DNA from: Oculina patagonica
Taxonomy: Eukaryota
DNA: 64,000 nt
NCBI RefSeq assembly: GCF_052425735.1
Contig: NC_135759.1
Span: 35,030,001 to 35,094,000 of the forward strand
Direction of reading: 5' to 3'
The position numbers and the translations under genes are program-made. The notes beneath the pieces were generated by a model. It was not told the DNA's origin, did no database searches, and saw only the letters and a list, made by a program, of their open reading frames with translations. Of the stretch, positions 48,801-60,800 are shown in pieces; positions within the stretch are counted from its first letter, which is position 1, and each line of letters opens with the position of its first letter.

Positions 48801-51800
48801 TTGCTGTGAAGGCTCCGCCCTTGGAGGACCAGGACTTTGAGGAGATAGTGGCATTCTTTGCATGACCTGACCTTGGTTATGATGATATTGGAAGGCTTGT
48901 GGATTTTGACCTTGCAATGTGCTGACTCCCTCGACACTTGCTCTGCGCATGGCTGCTAATCTCTCAAGAGATTGCCCTTTGTCCGTTGGCCCAACGTTCC
49001 TTTGCATTTGTCCACCCATCATTTGTCTGTGATCAACAGGAGCTTGGAGGTCTTGCTGTTGCATTGACGCAGCAGGAAACTGCCTAACTCCCTGATCAAA
49101 TGTAGAAAAAAACGAAAATTAGTCAGTCAGTAACAGAAGTTATCAATCACATGCCTAAAAAAGACAGAATACTGATGACAAAGTTGTTGTAGAAAAACTA
49201 AAAACCAGAGTACTCAAAGATGTGTTATTTCAGGGATCATTTTAATCACCGATGGCTTCTAGCTGTTTGCTTTTGGTAGCAACACAAAATATCAGTATTA
49301 GATATTGAATATAATCAAAAACACAAAGATTAAAACGTTGAACCTACTGTCAAAAAGTCACGTTTTCAAATGAAAATAAGGTCAATGGGTCGATAAAATG
49401 TTATACTTTGTTGCCAACACCTTTGTTTTCAGTGTTTTCATTTAACAGGAACACTTTGTATTAGCTTACGTTTTCTATTAGCTTACATGGTATGGTCACG
49501 CACCTGATCCGAATTTGCCTGAATGGTTCCCTGACCAGGAATGCTTGGTCTCCTCGGTAGTCGACCCATTCCTGGCATCTGCTGAGGATTACCACCGGAA
49601 ACCTGTGCCATGGATCTCTGATCATATGGTCTTGGCATGGTTGGGGAAGGTGTTTGCTGTGAAACTGCCATGTTCTGTTGTTTGGGAGTATTCCACACAG
49701 GGGGCCCTTGATTTTGGGCAGGTGGAGTAGGCGTTCTACTGATACTCTGTTGGCCAGGGGACATTCTCTGCTGAGCTGTAGGATGGGAACTAGCAGCACC
49801 AGGCTGCTGAGATGCTGGTGAATCTGTGCGGCTTTTCACTGGAAGGGGGCTGGACCTTCTTTTTAATCCAGCTAGTACATACTGTACATTAACCCCAGAC
49901 TGCACCCTTCGAAGCTGGCCATCAGGAAAAGCTAACCTGTGAGGAAAAACAGTTTGATGTAAGCATTTTCAGAAATGTTCTTAACTAACTGTAAAAAGAA
50001 ATTTAGTTGCTTTGCCTTTGTATTTGACCTCTTTTATGTAACAATTCAAATCTTTGTATTCACTCAAAATGACCACAACTCCATGTCCCTTAGTACTTAC
50101 TTGATTATGCGATTGAACGCTGTTGCATTGAGGATTCCTACTCTTGCCAATCTACTACAGGAAGACAGGTAGTCGGCATATATGTCAATGCGGGATACAG
50201 AACTTCCAGCAGAAGGCTCGTAAGTTGCTTGGAGCCTGCAACAAAAATGAATTATGTTAGCAACTGCACAAATTCTAAAAACACCATTCAAAGTTTAAAC
50301 AATATTGCACTTTTAGGCCTGTATAGTCAGAACTGGTAAGTCATATCAGCTAGGTTTGATAAAACCTGACTTAGTTCAAACAACCACATCCGTGGGACAT
50401 TTTTGTACCTTCTTCTCATGACAAAGAATTCTCCTGAATCCTCACAAACTCAAATCACAAGCTAGCAACTTGATGGTTAACGTTCTTTCTGTGTTTATTT
50501 TCTTAATTTGCCACTCTGGCTCTAAACTGTGATTAAGTTTAAGATTCATGTGCTGAAACACGTATTAAACCATAAGCTCCCGTGGGTGCACCATAAGACA
50601 GCTGTCATTACTCACACTTCCATTTTTTCCTTAAGGGCCCATTACAGTATCTCGTTGCCAAGCTACGCGGTTGCCACGCAAGTGCAATTTTATTTCCGGT
50701 TTTCTCAGCTTAGCGGCAAAATTTTACGCGAGTTTAGTTCCCATTTAGCTTTCGGTTAGAATCATATTCCAATCACGGAAATTTGTTCTACAGCAACAGA
50801 AACTGGGTAAATTGAAATAAAAAAAAGGTTTGTCACTGTAAATGATTTCAAAACATATACGAAGCCCGGGCCTGAAGCAAGTATCCGAAACCGCCGAAAT
50901 ATTTTTCAAAGTAGTGCCGATGCGTTAGAAAATATGCGAATGTGCGCATGTGTCCCCGAATGTGTCCCCTTCAGCTCACTGAAGAAATCTGTGAAAGCTA
51001 CTGGCAAAAATTAAAGCACTGTCACTAGAACTAAACGAAGCTCAGAAAAAAAAACAGCGATTCATTTCGTTCGCGAAATGAAGGTAAGATAATTTTTACG
51101 CACGCAGAAATATAGGAATGAACTCGATTTATCTGCCGTAAATTTCTTGCAGAAACTACTGATTAAGATTCGTACAGCAGTCTAACCACAGGACAAATTC
51201 AGTAAGGTACAAAACTGCGAAAACTGAACTATATAAAACACCTGTATAAAAACATTTCAGCTTACAAACGTTAACAATTCATTCAACCGAACTATGAATT
51301 GAAGCCTTCTTGCTCAAAACACGATAACGCCGTTTACGCTAATTCGCAAATTACAAGCCAAAAATAAAGAAACTCACACTAAACTCTTTTTAATACTTAC
51401 GACCGCCGTTGTTTACATTTGTCTTAGCCTCTACATGTTAGTTGAGCGACAGTAAACGTTAATAAAGCTGTCCGAATACAAGCAAGAAGTAAAGTTTGCC
51501 GTGTCGAAAAATTATAGTTTTTGAAGCGTACGTGAGCGGGGGGAAAGCCAACTTAGTGCAGCAATGTCAATTACGATGATTTCAACCAATCATTCACCGT
51601 ATAATTTTACTTCCGGTACGGACAAAAATGCGAGTTTTTCTCGGAAGGAAAAAAACATACCTTCTGTTTTTTGCAGTAAATCGAAAGAAAATACATTTTT
51701 CTTTAAACGTAAGCATGCGTTTTCGGAAAATCAAAACAACATTAAAGTTGTGTTCAAAAACGTGGTCAAAAGAACACATTTTCTTTAGTTATTTTTCAAG

Positions 51801-54800
51801 TTTTTGTGCTAACGGAAAACGCATGCTTACATTTTTTAAGATAAAAGTACTGATTGACATAATGCTACAAACTATGAATGAGACCGTAAATTTCTTGCGT
51901 AAAACTCAGTTTTTTGTTCTGGGTCACGTGACATTAGACGTGCACCGATGACGTCATCAACAGACTTGCAGTCGTACTCTAAAAGTCCTGTCTAAATTTG
52001 GTTAAATAAAAGCAGAGATAAATTAAGTTACAGCCAATTGAAATCTCCCTAGCAACGGCCCCAAAAGATACTGTAATGGGCCCTTAAATACAGTTAAAGT
52101 ATGCAACAGTTAAATGCAGCAGAATGAGCCAGTAGACTTACCAGTTATATGTGAATGTCTCTGGGTCAATTTCACTTCCTGTTGTCTTGATGGGAACTGG
52201 AGTAGGGGAAGGACTGGGCACTGGACCAGGTGATGGGCTGGAAGGTGGGACGTGGTGTGGTTGAACTGGTTCCTTGGGTTGTTGTGGAACAACTGTAACA
52301 AGAACACCAACACTTTATATTTAAGCTTGTTATATGACAAAAGAGAAGGCACATGCCCCCAAAAAGTTTGTCTTTATATAATTACACCGGCTTCAGTGTT
52401 ACGTGCATAGCTATATCTTTCTACATCCAACTTTCAACATCATCTTTCGAAGTGCGGTTGATATGATCAAAAACAATGCATACCAGTGTTGGTTTCAAGC
52501 AAATGAGCCCACAAGTTCAGAAGGTCATGCTAGTGGGCTGTGATTGGCAAATTTAGATCTGTCTTGTTTGTTTAGCACATCGAAAGATGGATGTTGATAG
52601 AAAGCCACTTTGCACGTAACACAGAAAGTAGGTGAAATTTCATGTTTGTTAATAAGAAAACACTTTCAGTATAGCGAATAACATCAACGTAATAACCTGG
52701 AGTTGGAACTGGTTGTGGTTTTTGTGTTGCTGGTATGGCAGTTGGTGTTCTCTTCTCCAAGATCTGCACCTCAGATAAGGCTTCTGGGCCAAAAGACTCT
52801 GCATCCAATGTCACCAAGCACACCAGAACATCTACAAATAAGGACACCTCTTCTGATAAGATTTGCTAAATCCTTAAGTTTAACAACAGTCTAGAACTCC
52901 TAACATCTTTGCAAATCAAACTGTAATGGCAAATCAAAAAGTGGTTCAAAAGTATCCCACGGCAAGTTTCAAAAGTTTGGGTAATTGTGAAGAACAGCTC
53001 CCGCTAACCGACTGTCGGTCGTCTGTCGGTCGTCTGTCGGCCGACAAACGGCCGACTGTCGGCCGTTTGTTGGCCGTCTGTCGGCCGTCTGTTGGCCGTT
53101 TGTCGGCCAACAGACGGTCGTCTGTCGGCCGACAACCTGCCGACAGGTTTTGGCTATGATGTCGGCCAACTGTCGGCCGACAGCCGGCCGACAGGCGGTG
53201 ATCTGTCGGTAAGGTGTCGGTAAGATGTCGGTAAGATGTCGGTAAGTTGTCGGTTATACGGTAACACTAACCTTTTTGTTTCTTTATGTTTTTCCTCCGT
53301 AAAGGACCCCAAAATTTATGAGAAATTGAAAGGAAAGGTATATATTCCTGAGTTTCGGTTATCACAGCCGAAAACTAGCTTCTGCGTTGCCGAAATCGAC
53401 CGGAGAATTTACGCGAACACAGCTACTCCATTTATCTCCGCCATATTGGATTGGTTAACTTAGTCTCATTCCCCCTCGGATTTTTATACAATTTTCGTTT
53501 CATGTGACGTATCGCAAGTATCTTTTCTTATGTTTCATGTAGTGTATTAATGTTTGTTATCATAAATTAACTTTATTGTTGGTCATTTACTTTTATAGAC
53601 TTGGTGGCTCCTAAAGGAGCCGTTTTTGACGAAGTGAAGTCAAACTTCACTCGTAGAAGCGCTGATCAAATTTCAGCGGCAGTAGTTTCCCCTCTCTTCG
53701 CATGTTTTCCATCACTGGAATGAACCTGCGAAGCCGTCTTCTGCACAGTGTCTCAAGTTGTTTCACGGAAGCCACTTGCTGGTCACGCAGGACAAGGTCT
53801 AACTCTCTGGCGTCGACCTTCTTAAGTTCGGCGATTGCAACAAAGTCTCTGACAGTGCTCCTGGGGCAGCTGGCCAGTCGAAAGGCGCACGCCATACTGC
53901 ATCGGTTTTCCATCATGACGTTCATGACCTGGTCATAGCGCTCGTGGATGCTGGCCAAGCTGTGGGTACTGACACGACTGCCATTTCTTTGCTGGTGCTG
54001 CTGCTGCTGTTCGGTGGGCGGCTCTTCTCTCTCCGGCTGGTCGTTCTGTTTCAGCTGTTCGACCTCCGCTCGTAGTTCGTGGATGACTTTCTTGGCGTTG
54101 ACGAGGCGCCGCTCGAGGTTTTTGACGACCTCGTCTTTCGTTCTTATGATGTTCGCTAGCTCCTCCGCCTCACTCTCCCTCTCCTGAAGCTCTTGTGCCA
54201 GTTCCTGGTTCTGCTCTTTCTGGTTCTGGAATGCCAGCCCGACCCTGTCATGGTCTTTCAGCAGGGCCTCGTACTTCTTTTGCAGTTCGTCATACGAGCG
54301 TTGAGGGTTGGATGACGCAGACTTCGCTGTCTTCTTTCTTTTCTGGGTTGGGCGCACCGTACACGAACACTGACGGTTGTCGCCGTTACAAACACCACAC
54401 CTTTTTTCACACTGTAACATGGCGTGGGCGCCGCCGCACACAGTACACTTTCGAGTTCTCTGAGACATTGCGAGTCGTAATGATAGAGACCGTTTAAACT
54501 CAAGGTTTTTTATACTCTGTTAAATGGATCAAGTAAACAATAACAATTTGTTGATTGGTTTATTAACAACGCATGTTATTGGTCGAGTTTGATTACTTGT
54601 GTCTATTTTGCATATGAATACTTTTCCATTACAATAAGTTACTTCTCATTGGTTAATTTCGATCCGATCAGAGGTTTTATAAAGGTTGTTGAAAGAGTGA
54701 ATAAACTCATTTCATCATGAACCACTTCGAGATACTTACCTTGATCCATAGTTGCCACGCAGTGCTCACGTTCCTTGTCGATCGTGGCTTACTGGCGGCT

Positions 54801-57800
54801 AGGCGTAGGTGCTCTTGTGGAAACGATATGGTTCTACGAAGTGATAATTCTGATGACGGATATCACTGGGAATGCCCAGTAAACCAATGCAGAAAACGAA
54901 GATCAATTCGCGCTGGTTCTTTTTTCCAAGATTCCAAGATTCCTCTGCATCGCTGGCTGTACATCATCTGGCTGTGGTCGATCGACGAATCCAACAAAAA
55001 AGTTTCCCTGCTAACCGGATTGTCACTCCGTACGGTGGTCAAGGTACTTGAAAGTCTCAGAGACATCTGCACCGAGAAAATTCTACAAGGAAACATTAAA
55101 CTGGGCGGCCGTGGAAAGACTGTAGAGATCGACGAATCCATGTTTGGCCACAAACGCAAGTACAACCGCGGGCGAATCGGTAGAGGCACCTGGGTCTTCG
55201 GCATGGTTGAAAGAGGCACTGGCAGAGCTCTTGCGTTCCGAGTACCCAACAGAACAAGAGAAACTCTGGTAACTGGACTGGTACAGCAATTCGTCGAGCC
55301 TGGAACGCTGATAATTTCTGACAAGTTTTCACCATACTTCAACCTGAACAGTATCGGCTACGTCCACCTCATGGTTAACCATTCTGAGAACTTTGTTGAC
55401 CCTTACACTGGAGCCCACTCGAACACGATTGAAGGAGTATGGAGTCAGATTAAAAGGAAACTGAAGGCGATGAACGGCACTCAGAGAGAGAGAATTCCTG
55501 GATACCTGGATGAGTTCAACTGGCGAAAATGTTTCCCAGGCGATCCTTTCGACAACGTGTTAGCTGGCATTGCTGAGTTCTATCCTCCAAACTAAGTTCA
55601 CTTAGTTTGATGAAAAAAAAACGGCTCCTTTAGGAGCCACCAAATAAATGAAAGTCTTGACCAACGTGTGTGATATGTTTGTTGTTAACGGGAATAAGGG
55701 TGGCACGCGTCTAAATCAATTATCACAGCACGCGCTAAATCAATTATCAAATTACACTGTATTGCGTATAGAAATTAGAAAAACGTAATTCAATAGGCGT
55801 CCGTGTAACATTTCCTTTTTTACATATAAATTCTGAAGAGAAATGAAACTATTTACGCTGCAACCTGCAATGCAAACAGAGAAAAAAGTTAAAAGGTAAA
55901 CATTATTTACTCTTACATGACATACATGTACCATGAAGGGGTCGCAAAGGATTCTAGGGCGACTTCAGCGAGTGCGTGTGTGGAGAAGTTTTTGCACTGT
56001 TTTGGCCTGAGTTTTGGATAAAATCATCTTCGAACGTGATTTCATTGCTTGCCTTATGCACTTAAAGCTACGTAGGTGATAGATTTATAAAAGATTGAAG
56101 TTTGTATAAAAGAAAATCTTGACGAGGAGTCGATTTGTTTTGTAGTAAGTACCGTAGTACAATGAAATACAATGTTTGTAAGTCCTATCTGTTTTAATCG
56201 CTTTCTGCGTCGGGCTTACTTCTGTGTTTACTGCTCAGTTTTACAGTAAAATGTCTGTTTTGGGAAGCTGTCGGTAACCTGTCGGTGGGCTGTCGGTGCC
56301 CTGTCGGTAGTGTGTTGGTAACCTGTCGGCCGACAGTCGACCGACAGTCGGTTAGCGGGAGCTGTTCTTCACAATCACCAAAGTTTGGATACAAATGAGC
56401 AATTCCAGTATGTCAAGATATAAACAAGTAATGTGTGTTTTGCACCATTTCAGTTGATATAATCAACCTTTTTATTACATACCAATACTGTGATGAACCT
56501 CTGCAATGTGATCTGAGGTGACTTGGCCAACTCCTGACAGATTGTACAGTGATTCCAATGAAGACAGTACCAACTAAAACAAAGGACAAGTTCTCTAACA
56601 TGGAACATTGTACAACAAAGGCAAACTAATACTTGCTGAACAAAATCGACATAGCAAGGTAGTGATGTGGAGAGCAACAACCACTGTTCCCCTCCCCCCT
56701 CACACCCTAAAATACAGCATTACTAGTACAGTCAACTCTCGCCTTGCGGCCCCCGCTTTCGGCCCCCTTTCGGCCTTTCCCCGGTTTTACTTGCCTTCCC
56801 CGGTCCTAGTAGATCCTTAATTACCTGAACATCACTGACAATTAGTACTTTGATGAGTGACTTGTATGCTTCAGGTTCCAGGCCGGATTCTATGACTTCA
56901 TCATTTCCTTCTAGAGTGCACAGCTTGCCCAACACATCCATGGCTGATAACAGCACAGAAAAAAGAGAACATTAGAGCTTGAATAAAAAGACATAAGCAC
57001 CAGAGAAACTGTCCTTACCTTAAACTGCTTGAAACCATAAATGTGCTCACGTGGTGTATAGTGTAAAATTAAGTTTCCTTTCGGCAGGTTAATATTTTAA
57101 TTCTCCGAAGAGGTAGGTCTGAGATAATTTTTAGCAGAACATTTGTGGTGCACAATACAGAGATCCACATACACGTAATGAGTCTGGTTGGTTTACCGTA
57201 TTTATTTGAATAAACGCTGCAGGGTTTATTAAATTTTTCGTGATTCAAGTGCGGCGTTTATTCGAGGGCGGTGTTTATTTAAACTCGATTTATTTCTTGC
57301 AAACAATAGCATTGTTACTGAACATTTGAACTTTAAAAAACAGAAACATGTAGTGCTTGTTTCCAAAATCATTTTCAAAATCTTAAAACATTGTTACAAT
57401 CAAGGAAAATTATTATTTTAGGCTTGCTCAAACTTGATAGTAACTGCATTTGCTTATTGAGTCTATTATTCAAAGTAAATGCCACATCGCGATGCGAAGT
57501 TTATTTGAGGGTTCCCCCGGCACTTTATTTATATTTCTGCTCTAAAATGCGGCATTTATGTTGAGCGAGGTGTTTAATCGAATAAGTATGGTAATTAAAG
57601 TAATTACTAATCAGAAGCAACCCAAATCTGAAGCTGCATTAACAGGCAAGAACGTTTGTCTCAAATCTCTATCATCTACCTTGAAAGTGAAGGATGTTAG
57701 GTTTCCGAAGATAGCTGTCTAGTTTCTCAGACCACAGATTACTTTGAATATGAATTATGCTCTATTTCAACTAACCATTGATGACATGATAACGATCTTT

Positions 57801-60800
57801 GTGATCCAAGAAGCAATGCAGCATCTGAAAAAACATCTGGGTACTTGTAGACTCTATAGGGTCCATTAACATCTGTTTATATCAAGAGAGAATCATTTTA
57901 TTATCAGTAGGTTTAGGAATCCTTTTGTTTTAACAGGAAAGAAGTAAATTATCTCAACCGTCATGTTGGATTTAATTTTCAAATAATTTATTTTACCTTT
58001 TCTGCTAAATTTGAAAGGGTTTCCCAAGCCATTCTTTGAAGAAATCCATGGTCACTACAAATGCACAGCACAAGGAATCTGGAGACAAAGAAAGAAAAAA
58101 TCATTTCCTAGATCCTCTTAAGCAATAGATAGCAAGTTCTTAGTTTTGAAGTTTAAACATAAAATGACCCATTAACAAATAAACTACATTAATTGTAGAT
58201 GAGAAGGACGGCTGTTTCTTTTACATCAGTTTGGTAAAGAAATATTGTTGTTACTTACTTCAAGCACAAGGGATGACTTGCAAGCACACTTGCATTGGTG
58301 TCGTCAAAGGAGAAGTTGTAAAATATCATGCCAACCTGTTAACAGAGTAGACACCAAATAGTTGGAAAACATTGCATGGATAAGAGCATCAAGAATTTTG
58401 TCTGTTAAATTGGGATTCATAGGATAAGTAGTTATTGATCAGTGCCTCAATGGTGTATTTTTGAAATAGAATGTAGTGATGTAGAGAGGAGTGCTTATCA
58501 TAACAAGTCAAGCACTCAAAATAGCACCACTGGTTTTTCTTTCTCCACTGTTTACACCTATTACATGAGAGGAAACAGATGGGCTAGAGTGGAGAGGTGC
58601 ATCAACAGCTGTTAGTTATGTTACATTTGTCTACATAAGCCAAGTACAGTAATAAATGATATTTCAATTCAATGTTAACACTAGTACTACTATGTTCGGT
58701 AGAGATTTTGGCTTCTGTGAATAACAGCTCCCAGATCACACTGATGGCACAAGAGTCAGTGAGGTTGCACGCAGCAGAAGTATAGCCAGCGATAGTTCCA
58801 AGAGAAAGTTTCCTTCATAACTAAATTTAGCTTTCAAGTTGCAATACGGATTTGCCTATGACAAATAATTTTACTGACAGGGTATGGACAACATATCACA
58901 AACCATCAGCTGACTGTTGGTCGACAGTCAGTCAGCATGTTTGCGTTCATGCATACCAATTAAATGGCCACTTGTTGGCCAACAGTTGACTAACAGGTTT
59001 TCCTGAGAACTGTTTTTCACCTCAGATTTTTTTAATACCGGTAGTAAATGGTGACAGACAAACAAGCTTTTAACATAATCATATATTTTTATATATAATT
59101 CTATTAGCTTAGATTGCCAAGAAACAAAGGCATTACACATTTGGGTTCTAAAGATGATGAAAAAACACCTGAGAAATTCTTTGGCACTCGACATCTTTAG
59201 CTCCAATTTTTCTTTTTGTAGGATGGAAAAGAGACTCCTGATCTGCATTTCCATCGTCTGAAATAAAAAGGCATCACATCTTCTGATTTACCAAATTTAT
59301 AATAATAATACCAAATCCAAATTGTACCAAGCGTTATATACATTGATAATCAGTTAATGCACAAGATAACAGAAACACTTGAACCAGCAGAAGAAACTGA
59401 AGGAAATGTAATGCAAAAAGATTTCACATGATGAAACCCTCTACGTTTGTCAATACGTACCATTGCCACTACAAAGAATGTCCTGGACCCCTTTCACTGT
59501 TAAACCTTCCTTCCAGAACTGCAAAAAACAAATAACCTTAGTGTTGGATCTATAGATATCTGTTAGCCTAAATCAATAGCCATAGGGCCTATAACATTGA
59601 AAAATCTACAAGCCCACATTTACTATAATGATGATATTACTCAGACCAAATTAAGATAGAGATGCTTGTGAATAGAGTTGTTGACTTGGTTAAATATACA
59701 GTGAGTGGTTTACCCTAATGAAATCTCTCTCCATGTCCTGTTTAGCATACCACTCTTCATACAATTCTCCTAATCCATGAGAATCTGAAAAACAAATACA
59801 TGCTCTTAGTAAAAAGACACTAATTCTCCAAACGGTATGAGCAAAACAATGATATACATTGAAATAAACAATGTACATTATAGCATGGCTTTAAACAAAC
59901 CATGAACTCTTAAAATTATTATTTGTTGAATGTTTATTGTTGGTGTCACTACCAATCAGATCAAAGCAGAAAAATAAGTATTTAACATAAGGAAAAACTG
60001 ATGTTTTTATGGAAGAAAAATCAAACTATTATAATTTTGTGACCACTGTGTCTTTTCACAGTACAACAATGGTTGTGGTTTAACCTGCTTTGGGGGATTT
60101 AGCTGTGATTTCAAGAGACTGTATTGTGGTTTGAATTTGTTTTCAGTTTGCAATTTATGAAACAGTTTGAGGTTTAATTTTCCTTTGTGCCAGAAAATGA
60201 CAAAGAGCTTGAGACGAAGGAAAATACATTGATTGATTGATCGGTCAATTGATCAATCAATCTAAAACTAAAAACAAAATTAAAACCACAACAGTCATTA
60301 CTCAATGAAATGCATTATCAAAAATACAATATCCAAAACTATACCTTCAGAAAATACCCCAACATGTGCCAGCAATGTATCCACTACTGCAGGAGCCTAA
60401 AAAATAAAACAAGAAACCTTGTTCAAAATGTTCCCTGTAATGGCATGCACATGCATGTGTAGTTGAAAAGGTAACTACCTGGTCAGGTCTTGTAAACTAT
60501 TATGGACCCTGGGTGAATTAACTTTCAAGTGCTATTTTCAAAGTGATCAGCAGGTGATCATGTCTATGTACCAAAAACGTCTAGCAACTTAGATTACTGC
60601 GCCTTTCAATAACACACAAGCTCTGCTTAATTCAAACGGTCACGTCTGTCAGCTGTTGATTGGTAGCTAGATTACAATCCATTTTGTTTGTTTCTGTTTT
60701 TCAAGGTCTGTTGGCTGTCACCATAATTTAGACAACAAGCAGTCCCTATTTATTTAAACAGTCTGTTGAGTGTGAAGCAAAAAAAAATGACTGCGCAAAA

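Larger units (their letters stand above)
52980..56379. mobile_element. Intact Merlin-superfamily DNA transposon (3400 bp) with two divergent ORFs
   Basis: TIR GGTAATTGTGAAGAACAGCTCCCGCTAACCGACTGTCGGTCG / CGACCGACAGTCGGTTAGCGGGAGCTGTTCTTCACAATCACC; exact 8-bp TSD AAAGTTTG (52972-52979, 56380-56387); GG..CC ends and 8-9 bp TSD are Merlin hallmarks; subterminal TGTCGG repeats. Confidence 0.93.

Noticed and set aside
53578-55665. Inner 27-bp inverted repeat read as the TIRs of a separate nested transposon
   Set aside because: No TSD at any plausible boundary. The real TIRs and 8-bp TSD are at 52980 and 56379. The inversion follows simply from two divergent genes sharing one 3' element
56729-56807. 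A-depleted truncated copy of the 39822 MITE, possible hypermutation or editing signature
   Set aside because: The changes look like loss of A residues rather than a consistent substitution; a consensus or sequencing error cannot be excluded without reads
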